In this document: positions 45,958-54,655 of the stretch, in pieces | Numbering within the stretch: position 1 is the first letter of the stretch | How the letters are laid out: the number at the start of each line of letters is the position of its first letter | Sequence record: MH706966 | Strand: one strand, 5' to 3' | DNA: 54,655 nt | Source of the DNA: Enterobacteria phage mEp021 | The notes under the pieces: generated by a model | What the model saw: the letters and a program-made list of their open reading frames with translations, nothing else | What the model was told of the DNA's origin: nothing | The model's database searches: none | Program-made: the position numbers and the translations under genes

Positions 45958-46524
45958 GTGAACTGGTCTGAATTGTTTGTTTATGATGAAGATTCTCCTT
46001 CATGTTTAAGGTGGAAAGTCACCGCTAACAGCAGAACGGCGAGGACTGGCGATGCGGCAGGAAAAATAGTAGCGGCAAAAAGCGGCAATAAGTACTGGAA
46101 AATCACATGGAAGGGCCGTCGCTATTATGCTCACCGGATTGTTTACGAATTATGCAGTGGCAGAAAATTAAAACGCAGTGAGATCATCGATCACATTGAT
46201 GGTAATGGGCTTAATAATAAATTCAATAACATACGCGTAACAGATAAAAAAGGTAACGCCAGAAATATGACCATAGGTCGCGCGACAAGGGAGAGCGGAT
46301 TGCCATTTGGGATATGTTGGCACGCAGAAGGGAGATCTATTAGAGCACGTATCACCGCTGATAACGACAAAAGAGTTAGTAAATCATTTAGCGTTATAGC
46401 GTGCGGTGGACTTGAAATGGCTATTAATGCCGCCGTCGCGTGGCGGTCATTCATGATTGAAGAGCTAAATAAAGCTGGCGCAGGATACACGAAATTACAC
46501 GAAACAGGGGGTTTATATGTCTAG
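45958..46524 (+). CDS. HNH homing endonuclease with AP2-like domain, inserted between I and J
   Basis: 188 aa; SEIIDHIDGNGLNNKFNNIRVTDKKGNARN HNH motif; GTG start with SD aggggg; paralog of 6080-6586. Confidence 0.7.
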   Translation: MNWSELFVYDEDSPSCLRWKVTANSRTARTGDAAGKIVAAKSGNKYWKITWKGRRYYAHRIVYELCSGRKLKRSEIIDHIDGNGLNNKFNNIRVTDKKGNARNMTIGRATRESGLPFGICWHAEGRSIRARITADNDKRVSKSFSVIACGGLEMAINAAVAWRSFMIEELNKAGAGYTKLHETGGLYV

Positions 46525-49500
46525 TGGCGGCGGTAAAGCAAAAACGCCAACTTTGCTTAATGATAATTTGTTTCATAAACAATTTTATCGGGTTTTAGAT
46601 ATTCTAAGTGAAGGACCAATTTTTGGAGTAGTTAACCAAACAGCGCCATTAAACAGCGTAATGCTTAATGACACGCCTATCACTGACGCAAGCGGAAACA
46701 CATCAGTCCCTGGCGTTAGCTTAGCGTGGCGTAATGGTACGGCTGACCAGTCACCAATCAACGGCTTCAACGCTATTGAGTCAACCGTTATTGTCAACGC
46801 AAAAGTAACTCACGACACACCAATAATCAGGACCATTTCAGATCCCAACGTTAACCGCGTAAGGCTGAATCTTGGCGTTGACTCTTTGGTAAGGTCAGAT
46901 GACAAGGGCAATCAATACAATACATCCGTTATGTTGATGGTTGATGTCAAACCTTCATCGTCATCAACGTGGTCACTGGTTAAAGATATTACTATTGGCC
47001 CAGGCAAACAAAGCGGTGAGTATCTAGAAGCCCACATTATCAACGCGCCGGATGAAAAACCGTTTGATATTCGCGTTCGTCGCGTAACGCCAGACAGCAC
47101 GGGAGATCTTCTTCACAATGATACCAGGTGGAGCAGTTACAGCGAGATAATCGATGATAATTTGTCTTATCCCCATACCGCTGTTGCTGGCGCGGTAATT
47201 GACCACGATCAGTATACTGATACGCCTACCCGCACCTATCATCTGCGTGGGCTGATTGTTGATGTTCCTGATAACTACGACCCGGAAACGCGCACGTATT
47301 CAGGATTATGGCTTGGTGGCTTTAAAAAGGCGTATACCAATAACCCTGCATGGCTTTTCCGGTATCTGGTTAAAAATGAACGTTTCGGGCTTGCCCGTCA
47401 TGCTGGTTACATTGATGTTGACGACGGCGCATTATATACGCTTTCTCAATACTGCGACCAGTTGGTTAGCGACGGATACGGCGGCTTTGAACCTCGCATG
47501 ACGCTTAATGCTTACATCACGGAGCAAATGAGCGCACGCGACTTACTTGATAACATTGCAGGCATGTTCCGTGGTATCGCGTTATGGGACGGGCAACGCC
47601 TTACCGTGATGATTGATGCACCACAAGATCCGATCGCCACCATTACAAATGCAAACGTCGTTGATGGCGCGTTTACTCGTTCAAGTATTGCCCGCGCAGA
47701 ATCTTACAACGCCGTGATTGTGTCATGGACTGACCCAGAAAACGGCTGGGAGCAATCAAAAGAATACGTGGCAGATGATGAATTGATCGCCCGCGACGGT
47801 TATAACGAAACAACGCTAGAGGCGTTCGGTTGCACGTCACGCGGGCAAGCGTACCGCGCTGGCAAATGGCTGATAGAAACGGCAAAACGCGAGCCATCAA
47901 AATTCACGTTTAAAATGGCCCGTGACGCAATTCACTTCACCCCCGGGGATATTATCGAGATACTCGACAATAACCGCGCTGGCGCTCGTTTAGGCGGCCG
48001 CATCGTGGCGAACAGTGGGAAGGTGATAACGGTAGACAAGGTTGATTCTGAATATATCGCGGCTGGTGACACTATCAGTTTACTTGATAGTGATGGCAAG
48101 TTTAAAAAACACCAGATCACCGGAGTTAACGGAAACAACATCACCCTTGCAACCGCCCCCGCATGGATTCGTAACGGGACCGTATTCGCTGTGTCAACTG
48201 AAGCGGCAAAACCTGTTCTGTGTCGAATTATCAGCGTAGCAGAAACAGAAAATAACAGCGTGTACACCATCGAGGCAGCACAACATGACCCACACAAACA
48301 GGCTGTAGTTGATGAAGGCGCAATCTTCGAGGTAAACAACGACACGCTTAATCACTTCCGCGTGCCGAACATTGAAAATCTGAAGGTGTTAAACGTTGGT
48401 TCTGAAACTGTTCAATGTCGCGCTACATGGGAAACACAGACGACAACGCATCGCCTGACCTTTGAAATACGCGTATATAACGCCGAAGGCCGCGTGGTGG
48501 CAGCTTATGAAACAACGAATTACCGCTATGATTTTTATGGCCTCGATGCTGGCAGCTACACACTTGGTATTCGCGGTCGTAATGACACTGGCATGAAGGG
48601 GGCGGAAAGTATTGTTGACCTGGTTATTGGCGCGCCAGCGGCCCCAATTGGAGTTAATTGGGTTCCCGGCGTTTTCCAGGCAACAGTATACCCGATCAGC
48701 AAAACAACACTGACAACTGATACAGCATACGAGTTCTATTTCTCAGGTGAAAATCAGATCACTGACCCATCAAAAGTAACAACTTTGGCGCAGTTTACCG
48801 GGCGCGGCTATCAGTGGACTTTTGGCGGAATGAACACGGGCCATACCTATTACGTTTATGTCCGCACACGTAACGCTTTTGGTGTGTCAGATTTCGTTGA
48901 GTCATCAGGAAAACCAACTGAAAACTTCGATGAAATTAGCGACTACGTCACCAAAGACGTGATTAACTCAGAACAGTTTAAAGGGATGATTAGCGACATT
49001 AAAGATCTTGGCGACCGCGCCGACCTTATCGAAAGCGCTACAAATGACCTTAAAACTGCTACCGACAACCTCAAAACTGCAACTGATAACCTGACAAACA
49101 TCACTGACGATTTAATGGTTGACACTGACAACCTGACAAACATCACTGACGAATTGAGGACTGATACGGACGGCTTAATCACAGAAACAGGGGCCATAAA
49201 AGCTGATACGGACACACTGAAAAAACAAACGGAAGATCTTTATAAAAAGGTTGGGGAAAACGCCGATGATATTGGACAGCATGAGGCAAGAATAGATTCA
49301 CTGGAGGTATCTAGCGAAAAAGTTGGCAGTGAACTTGCGCAAGCAAAAGCAAGCCTGCAAAACGCGTCATTGGCGCTTATCAATAACTCACTTGCACAGA
49401 CTAACACTCGCGTAACTCTTACCGCTCAGTATAAGAAAGGCAGGACAGAGACGAAGGCTGAAATTGACCGTATTGACAACGTTATTGCTGAAGAGAAAAA

Positions 49501-51700
49501 GGCAACGGCTGAATCACTGGAAACCATCACGGCAGAAATGAACACGATGGATTCTAACCTTAAAGGTCAGATCTCAAGCGTGGAACGCGCAGTGGCTGAC
49601 GAGGCCAGCGCACGCGCAGAAGCCATTAACGGTGTGAACGCATCAATAAGCAATCTAGACAAGAAAACAGACGCCAGCATCAATAGACTTGATCAAGCTA
49701 TTGCAGACGAAACGAACGCCCGCACACAGGCAGTCAGTGACGTTAACGCGAGTATCTCATCGCTAGACAAGAAAACTGACGCCAGCGTTAAACGCTTGGA
49801 TCAAGCAATTGCAGACGAAACCAGTGCAAGAACTGAAGCTATCAGCGGCGTGAACGCATCAATTTCCACTCTTGATAGCAAGGTAACAAGCAATGTAACG
49901 CGCATAGATAAAGCTATTGCAGACGAAACGAAGGCACGCACTGACGCAATCAGCGGCGTTAATGCAAGTATTAGCACACTCGAAGGCAACACCAATTCAG
50001 AAGTGAAACGCCTTGATCAAGCAATAGCTGACGAGACTAGTGCCCGCACACAGGCTATCAGCGGTGTAAATGCTTCGATAAGCAATCTTGAAAGCAAAAC
50101 TGACGCGAGCGTTTCCCGTCTTGATAAAGCAATATCAGATGAAACGCAGGCAAGAAGTGCCGCAATAACAGAGGTTAAAGCTGATTTGTCAACGCTCGAA
50201 AATAGCACAAACGCCAGCGTTAAACGCCTTGATCAGGCGATTGCCGACGAATCAAGCGCACGCGCTGAAGCAATATCGGGCATCAACGCAGAGATTGGCA
50301 ACATTGAAAATAATGTTGACAAAAACAGCGATGATATAAATCAGACAAAAGCAAGCCTGCAAAACGCGTCTATCGCGCTTATTAACAACTCAATCGCTCA
50401 AACAAACACGCGTGTTACGCTTACGGCCCAATACAAGAAAGGCCGCAAAGAAACCAACGCGCAAATTGACCGTATTGACAATGTTATCGCTGAAGAGAAA
50501 AAGGCTACAGCGGAAGCGGTTAGCGTGGTAAAAGCATCGATCACGGATCTTGATAAGAAGACTGACGCGAGTGTTTCCCGTCTCGACAAGGCTATCGCAG
50601 ACGAAACAAGCGCACGCAGCGAGGCTATTAGCGGAGTAAATGCCTCAGTGTCAGCGCTAGACAAGAAAACGGATTCAAACATAAGCCGTCTTGATAAAGC
50701 CATTGCAGATGAGACAAGCGCAAGAACTGAAGCTATCAGTGGAGTGAATGCAAGTATTATCACTCTTGAAAGCAACACTGAATCTGAAGTTGGCAGGCTG
50801 GATCAGGCAATTGCCGACGAATCAAGTGCCCGCGCCCAGGCTATAAGCGGAGTGAACGCATCAATTTCCACTCTTGATAGTAAGGTGACAAGTAACGTAA
50901 CCCGTATTGATAAGGCTATTGCAGACGAAACGAAGGCACGCACTGACGCGATAAGTAGCCTTAATTCATCGCTTACCAGTACGATTAATTCGAAAGTGTC
51001 TGAAGTATCAACGGCACTTTCTACGCATGAAGCATCAAGCGCTGAAAAATTTAGCCAGATCTCTGCGTCTTTCGAATCTGTAAACTCAAGTATTACAGAA
51101 TGGTCACAATCTATGGCAACGGCTGACGAGGCATTGTCAACCAAAATTGATCAGTTAACAGTAACCGTTAACGGTAACAAAACGGCGATCGAGACGACAT
51201 CGAATGCGCTAACCGATTTCAAGGGTAACGTTGATGCGTCATATTCAATCAAGCTCGCCACCGATAACAACGGCATGAAGTACGCGACAGGTATGTCGCT
51301 TGGCCTGACTGGTAACGGCACAAACTTTCAATCGCAGTGTATTTTCCTCGTTGACCGCTTCGTGTTAATGACCTCAGCAAACGGCACATATACAACACCT
51401 TTCTATGTCACCAATGGTGCGATGTATGTGAAAGAAGCGTTTATTAAAGACGGATCGATCGATACTGCAAAAATAGCGCAGCAAATCCAGTCAACTGTAT
51501 TTGTTCAAGACTCAAAAGGTTGGATGATTAACAAAGATGGATGGGCGCAATTCAACGAAGTTACTGTAAGGGGTAACGTCATTGTTAAAGGCAATCAAAA
51601 TTTCGATGTACGCAATAGTGACGGACGGGTAATTATTAACAATAATGGCATTACAGTAAATCTTCCTAGTGGTGGTAAAATTATTATCGGTGTTTGGTAA
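46517..51700 (+). CDS. J: Central tail fibre / host specificity protein J, expanded by internal repeats
   Basis: 1727 aa; N-terminal about 800 aa parallels lambda J as recalled; about 13 copies of a 33-aa repeat in the centre; lambda-J-like distal region retained. Confidence 0.9.
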   Translation: MSSGGGKAKTPTLLNDNLFHKQFYRVLDILSEGPIFGVVNQTAPLNSVMLNDTPITDASGNTSVPGVSLAWRNGTADQSPINGFNAIESTVIVNAKVTHDTPIIRTISDPNVNRVRLNLGVDSLVRSDDKGNQYNTSVMLMVDVKPSSSSTWSLVKDITIGPGKQSGEYLEAHIINAPDEKPFDIRVRRVTPDSTGDLLHNDTRWSSYSEIIDDNLSYPHTAVAGAVIDHDQYTDTPTRTYHLRGLIVDVPDNYDPETRTYSGLWLGGFKKAYTNNPAWLFRYLVKNERFGLARHAGYIDVDDGALYTLSQYCDQLVSDGYGGFEPRMTLNAYITEQMSARDLLDNIAGMFRGIALWDGQRLTVMIDAPQDPIATITNANVVDGAFTRSSIARAESYNAVIVSWTDPENGWEQSKEYVADDELIARDGYNETTLEAFGCTSRGQAYRAGKWLIETAKREPSKFTFKMARDAIHFTPGDIIEILDNNRAGARLGGRIVANSGKVITVDKVDSEYIAAGDTISLLDSDGKFKKHQITGVNGNNITLATAPAWIRNGTVFAVSTEAAKPVLCRIISVAETENNSVYTIEAAQHDPHKQAVVDEGAIFEVNNDTLNHFRVPNIENLKVLNVGSETVQCRATWETQTTTHRLTFEIRVYNAEGRVVAAYETTNYRYDFYGLDAGSYTLGIRGRNDTGMKGAESIVDLVIGAPAAPIGVNWVPGVFQATVYPISKTTLTTDTAYEFYFSGENQITDPSKVTTLAQFTGRGYQWTFGGMNTGHTYYVYVRTRNAFGVSDFVESSGKPTENFDEISDYVTKDVINSEQFKGMISDIKDLGDRADLIESATNDLKTATDNLKTATDNLTNITDDLMVDTDNLTNITDELRTDTDGLITETGAIKADTDTLKKQTEDLYKKVGENADDIGQHEARIDSLEVSSEKVGSELAQAKASLQNASLALINNSLAQTNTRVTLTAQYKKGRTETKAEIDRIDNVIAEEKKATAESLETITAEMNTMDSNLKGQISSVERAVADEASARAEAINGVNASISNLDKKTDASINRLDQAIADETNARTQAVSDVNASISSLDKKTDASVKRLDQAIADETSARTEAISGVNASISTLDSKVTSNVTRIDKAIADETKARTDAISGVNASISTLEGNTNSEVKRLDQAIADETSARTQAISGVNASISNLESKTDASVSRLDKAISDETQARSAAITEVKADLSTLENSTNASVKRLDQAIADESSARAEAISGINAEIGNIENNVDKNSDDINQTKASLQNASIALINNSIAQTNTRVTLTAQYKKGRKETNAQIDRIDNVIAEEKKATAEAVSVVKASITDLDKKTDASVSRLDKAIADETSARSEAISGVNASVSALDKKTDSNISRLDKAIADETSARTEAISGVNASIITLESNTESEVGRLDQAIADESSARAQAISGVNASISTLDSKVTSNVTRIDKAIADETKARTDAISSLNSSLTSTINSKVSEVSTALSTHEASSAEKFSQISASFESVNSSITEWSQSMATADEALSTKIDQLTVTVNGNKTAIETTSNALTDFKGNVDASYSIKLATDNNGMKYATGMSLGLTGNGTNFQSQCIFLVDRFVLMTSANGTYTTPFYVTNGAMYVKEAFIKDGSIDTAKIAQQIQSTVFVQDSKGWMINKDGWAQFNEVTVRGNVIVKGNQNFDVRNSDGRVIINNNGITVNLPSGGKIIIGVW
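49560..50960 (+). repeat. Coding tandem repeats within J (about 99-bp units) plus a roughly 1-kb segmental duplication
   Basis: Repeat unit ...DASVxRLDxAIADETSARTEAISGVNASISxLDxKT...; the linker gcaagcctgcaaaacgcgtc... occurs at about 49345 and again at about 50350. Confidence 0.8.
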
Positions 51701-51740
51701 CCACTGTTGCCCCGCCAAATGGTTGGGGCAACTAATTTTA

Positions 51741-52685
51741 TTAATAAATTACTGGCAAATAAGGAAGATTCATACCTATACAGAAATCCGGCCTGTTACC
51801 TATTTCATACCTGACAATCCTTGATCCTGTTCCGCTTTTCACCTGCCCGTTGTACATCATAATGCCTTTGTATCTTAGTTCCTTGTATGCTGATATAGCT
51901 CTAGTATTAAAGCCGCATCTCAATATTGGGAAGAACGCGTCACCTATTGTCTGGTAACTATTCGATAACGCTATAAATCCCTTAACAACCAATGGCCTTT
52001 GTTTTGTTGAAAACACGCATTGATTATTTTTATTAATGATGGTTATTCCGTCGCCAGGTGATGGCGGTGATTTGCTAAAAATAGCCAAATTCATCGTTAC
52101 CGATCCATATGTGTCACCAGTTGCAGAAGTGTTTGTGTTTGTACAGATCAATTTATTGTTTCCGTCAAACTCAACTGAAACACCGCTATTGCTCCAGTTA
52201 CCGAAAGGAACACCGGCAACTGGCATAGTGTAAGAACCATTAAAGCTAACACTCCCAACCCATAAACATGACATCAATGTATCGTTAGTCGTTATCGATG
52301 CAAAATCTGTGCTATCTGCAACTAATATACCCTCACCAGTAGACGCCTTTGCTATCTCAAACACGCTACCGCTAAAATTAGTGATCCTATCAGAATATGC
52401 GTTCTCACCACTAATTGAAATCCTTGCCGTGCCACCAGAAGCACTAAAGCCTGATATAAAATATGTTTCAACACCCCTGTCAAGCTCAAACGCGTAAGCG
52501 CCTACCTTTGGGATTAGAAACTTATCGCCGCCAGTTAAATCCTTTATGGAAAAACTTTGCGAAAACCCAGCATTTTGAATATTGAAATCTCCAGCGTGTG
52601 AGAACGCACGCAACCCGCTTGTTATTTCCATTGCAGGGCGTCCGTCATTCAGCCCAATATATATACCCGCCCCCATTAGTACCAC
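51741..52685 (-). CDS. Hypothetical Gly/Ser/Thr/Asn-rich protein (314 aa), opposite strand after J
   Basis: Long ORF; beta-rich composition; no motif recognised. Confidence 0.5.
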   Translation of the reverse strand: MVLMGAGIYIGLNDGRPAMEITSGLRAFSHAGDFNIQNAGFSQSFSIKDLTGGDKFLIPKVGAYAFELDRGVETYFISGFSASGGTARISISGENAYSDRITNFSGSVFEIAKASTGEGILVADSTDFASITTNDTLMSCLWVGSVSFNGSYTMPVAGVPFGNWSNSGVSVEFDGNNKLICTNTNTSATGDTYGSVTMNLAIFSKSPPSPGDGITIINKNNQCVFSTKQRPLVVKGFIALSNSYQTIGDAFFPILRCGFNTRAISAYKELRYKGIMMYNGQVKSGTGSRIVRYEIGNRPDFCIGMNLPYLPVIY

Positions 52686-52894
52686 TCCTTACTTCCGCAA
52701 TCTCTAGTCTTGCCACTATGACCATCAGTGCCATCATAAACGCGACAGATCTCACCGGACGGAACCTTAGCCCCGTCAACCCATCTTTCATAGCAGACAC
52801 CGTATGCGCTAGTTGCACAATGGCCGTTGTGTCGATTAGTGTCAGCGCAACCAACCAGAATAGCCGCAACAGCGATAATTGTTACCATTTTCAT
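52676..52894 (-). CDS. Small Cys-rich lipoprotein (72 aa), moron
   Basis: MKMVTIIAVAAILVGCADTN... signal peptide with lipobox LVGC; six Cys; SD ggggtg. Confidence 0.55.
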   Translation of the reverse strand: MKMVTIIAVAAILVGCADTNRHNGHCATSAYGVCYERWVDGAKVPSGEICRVYDGTDGHSGKTRDCGSKEWY

Positions 52895-53028
52895 TAGTAC
52901 ACCCCACTCAGATTGTGTGTATTTGTTGCTTTGTTTATTATAATATACATTTTGTATAAGCATAAAATGCAACATAGATCACAAAATGGTAGAATTATTC
53001 CGTTAATTAACATAATGGAGTCATTGCG

Positions 53029-54378
53029 ATGATTTACACAACTGGAACAATTGCCATCAATGGCAACACTGTTACAGGCACGGGTACAAACTTTTCCGCG
53101 CCGCTTTCTCTCATTCGTGTAGGTTGCACGCTCATTACCATCGGCAATCCGGTGCAGATCTTTACCATCACAGAAAGGCCCAGCGGTACTGAACTGTCAG
53201 TAACGCCAGCGGCTAACCCTGCGATCCCCGCCGGAACAAAATTTAGCATTCTGCTTTCTGACTCGATCTCAGTAGATGGTCTTGCTCAGGACGTAGCTGA
53301 AACGCTGCGTTACTACCAGGGTAAGGAAACTGAAATTGCAGAAGCAATTGAATTTTTCCATGAATTTGATTTCAATGCACTTACAACGCTGGCTAACCAG
53401 GTTCACACTGATTCAGCGCAAGTAAGCGCAGATAAAGCGATAGTTCAGCAATATAAAACAGATTCCGAATCAGCCAAATCAGCAGCAGAAGCTGCAAAAG
53501 GTCAGGCGGTGTTAGCTCAAACCGCCGCAGAGACAGCTAATACCAACGCGCAAGCCGCCAGCACTGCAGCGCAGGGATTTTGCGATCGGGCCGAAGAATG
53601 GGCGCAAAGCGTAAACCCCGACAACCTGCTAACTAAAGCCGGCAACCTGGCAGGGTTGACAGATAAATCGGCGGCGAGGTCCAATCTTGGGGTTGGAGAT
53701 AATAGTTTAGTTAAGTTAGGTGCGCTGCACCTGAATGGTGGTGAGTCATTAGTGTTAAGGGGCGCAGAGTCTAACGAGTTAAGGTTGTCAAACTCTTTAT
53801 ACGGGGCTGATAGCTGGGTTGGGATGACGATGCATAAGTGGTACGAGGATTGGACGCGGGCTGGCTTGGTAAGGGGAGGTGGTACCAAATTATCAGACTA
53901 CCGCATCCATGTGTGGAAAGATGGTATATCTGATGCTTTATTCCGATTTTTGCCCGACCAAAGGCTTATTAGCGGCAACAGTGACAACCCGGCGGTTAAC
54001 GAGTTCCAGAAAGCGCCGCTATCGGACCGCGACCATAAAAAAGAAATCCAATACACGGACGGCGAGGAAAGCTACAACCGCGTTCGCCAATGGCTTCCGG
54101 TAATGTTTAAGTATAAAGAGTCGGATGTACAGCGATACGGCCTTATCGCGCAGGACCTGGTAAGGATTGACCCGGAATACGTGCATTTGCTGCCGGGCTA
54201 CGCCATCTATGAGGACGTCAAGGGGGTGGACGAGGAAGGGAACGAGGTAGTAGTAGACCGGAAGGAGATCGGGTATACAGACGATGTGCTGTCTCTAGAC
54301 AGTAATGTGCTGTTGATGGATCTGTGTGCCGCCTTCGTTCATCTGTTGCATAAAGTGGAGAAGCTGGAAGGTAAGTAA
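53029..54378 (+). CDS. Side tail fibre protein with C-terminal intramolecular-chaperone (S74-like) domain
   Basis: 449 aa; N-terminal MIYTTGTIAINGNTVTGTGTNF; Ala/Gln-rich coiled-coil centre; C-terminal ...YGLIAQDL... segment typical of autoproteolytic chaperone domains. Confidence 0.7.
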   Translation: MIYTTGTIAINGNTVTGTGTNFSAPLSLIRVGCTLITIGNPVQIFTITERPSGTELSVTPAANPAIPAGTKFSILLSDSISVDGLAQDVAETLRYYQGKETEIAEAIEFFHEFDFNALTTLANQVHTDSAQVSADKAIVQQYKTDSESAKSAAEAAKGQAVLAQTAAETANTNAQAASTAAQGFCDRAEEWAQSVNPDNLLTKAGNLAGLTDKSAARSNLGVGDNSLVKLGALHLNGGESLVLRGAESNELRLSNSLYGADSWVGMTMHKWYEDWTRAGLVRGGGTKLSDYRIHVWKDGISDALFRFLPDQRLISGNSDNPAVNEFQKAPLSDRDHKKEIQYTDGEESYNRVRQWLPVMFKYKESDVQRYGLIAQDLVRIDPEYVHLLPGYAIYEDVKGVDEEGNEVVVDRKEIGYTDDVLSLDSNVLLMDLCAAFVHLLHKVEKLEGK

Positions 54379-54384
54379 GGAAAA

Positions 54385-54411
54385 GGGGCCATACGGCCCC
54401 TTCTTTAGTTT
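54385..54411 (+). terminator. Rho-independent terminator after the tail fibre gene
   Basis: Hairpin ggggcc-atac-ggcccc followed by ttctttagttt. Confidence 0.7.
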
Positions 54412-54536
54412 GAGTTTTCCCAGCCCATTTTACGCCGCACCAACGAGATTTCGTAGTATTCCTTGCCTTCTACCTCCACCAACGGCCAATCGTTAATAAT
54501 CACGTATATCTCCGCTATACCTCAATCACGCCGCGC

Positions 54537-54566
54537 GAAACGAGGCTAACGCCTCGTTTCTTTTTG
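54537..54566 (+). terminator. Terminator-like hairpin immediately before the candidate attR core
   Basis: aaacgaggc-taac-gcctcgttt followed by ctttttgtg. Confidence 0.5.
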
Positions 54567-54586
54567 TGTACCAAATAGAGACCAAA
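54564..54586. repeat. Candidate attR core: ttgtgtaccaaat-aga-gaccaaa
   Basis: 20 of 23 match to 150-172. Confidence 0.3.
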
Positions 54587-54655
54587 TATCCAAAACAAAA
54601 AGCAAAAGCACTGTAACATACTGTTTTATAAATGATTATTCACAACACTAATCAT

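Larger units (their letters stand above)
150..54586. mobile_element. Integrated lambdoid siphovirus-type prophage, near-complete (integrase, replication arm, immunity switch, recombination and nin-like genes, Q, lysis, terminase, head, tail, tail fibre)
   Basis: Gene content and order read from ORF translations; candidate imperfect direct repeats at both ends. Boundaries are inference; flanking host sequence in the window is very short. Confidence 0.6.

Noticed and set aside
49560-50960. Possible CRISPR-like array suggested by regular repeats
   Set aside because: Repeats are about 99 bp, in frame, coding and imperfect; no spacer/repeat alternation and no cas genes; they are protein-coding repeats of J.
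48943-51144. Minus-strand ORFs of 63-126 aa inside the J repeat region
   Set aside because: Antisense reading of the Ala/Ser/Thr-rich repeat array gives long open frames by composition alone.
54601-54640. Loose copy of the ccgttttgtaaa-type box (ctgttttataaatga) just outside the candidate attR
   Set aside because: Only about 11 of 16 matches in AT-rich sequence; not distinguishable from chance, though if real it would argue the prophage extends past 54586.

Overview
The window reads as one near-complete integrated lambdoid siphovirus-type prophage (about 54.4 kb), probably enterobacterial, between candidate imperfect direct repeats at 150-172 and 54564-54586. All calls are from reading the ORF translations and the DNA by eye; no database search was run. 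Layout left to right: P4-type tyrosine integrase (+); a leftward arm (- strand) running from a Cro-like HTH gene through an O-like replication initiator with internal iterons, a six-fold Zn-ribbon/GIY-YIG-like protein, an HTH-metallophosphoesterase, an HNH-AP2 endonuclease, a DnaB-type helicase, a DPPY methyltransferase and NinB to an AlpA-like excisionase; a divergent operator region; then a rightward arm (+) with S24-type CI repressor, terminator, nutL-like boxA/boxB, N-like antiterminator, Erf, SSB, about 16 small early genes, Dam-type and C5-like methyltransferases, NinG, RusA, Q, eight small genes, a pinholin/SAR-endolysin/Rz/Rz1 cassette, terminase, head genes, and lambda-like tail genes H-M-L-K-I-J plus a side tail fibre. 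Accessory cargo sits at module junctions, mostly on the opposite strand. The most unusual items are a tandem array of five Shine-Dalgarno-preceded mini-ORFs encoding single-helix hydrophobic peptides (26412-26884), an intact plus a stop-disrupted paralog of the Zn-ribbon/GIY-YIG-like gene in two different modules, and a family of short sequence boxes recurring at the moron/core junctions. No tRNA, rRNA or CRISPR array was recognised.
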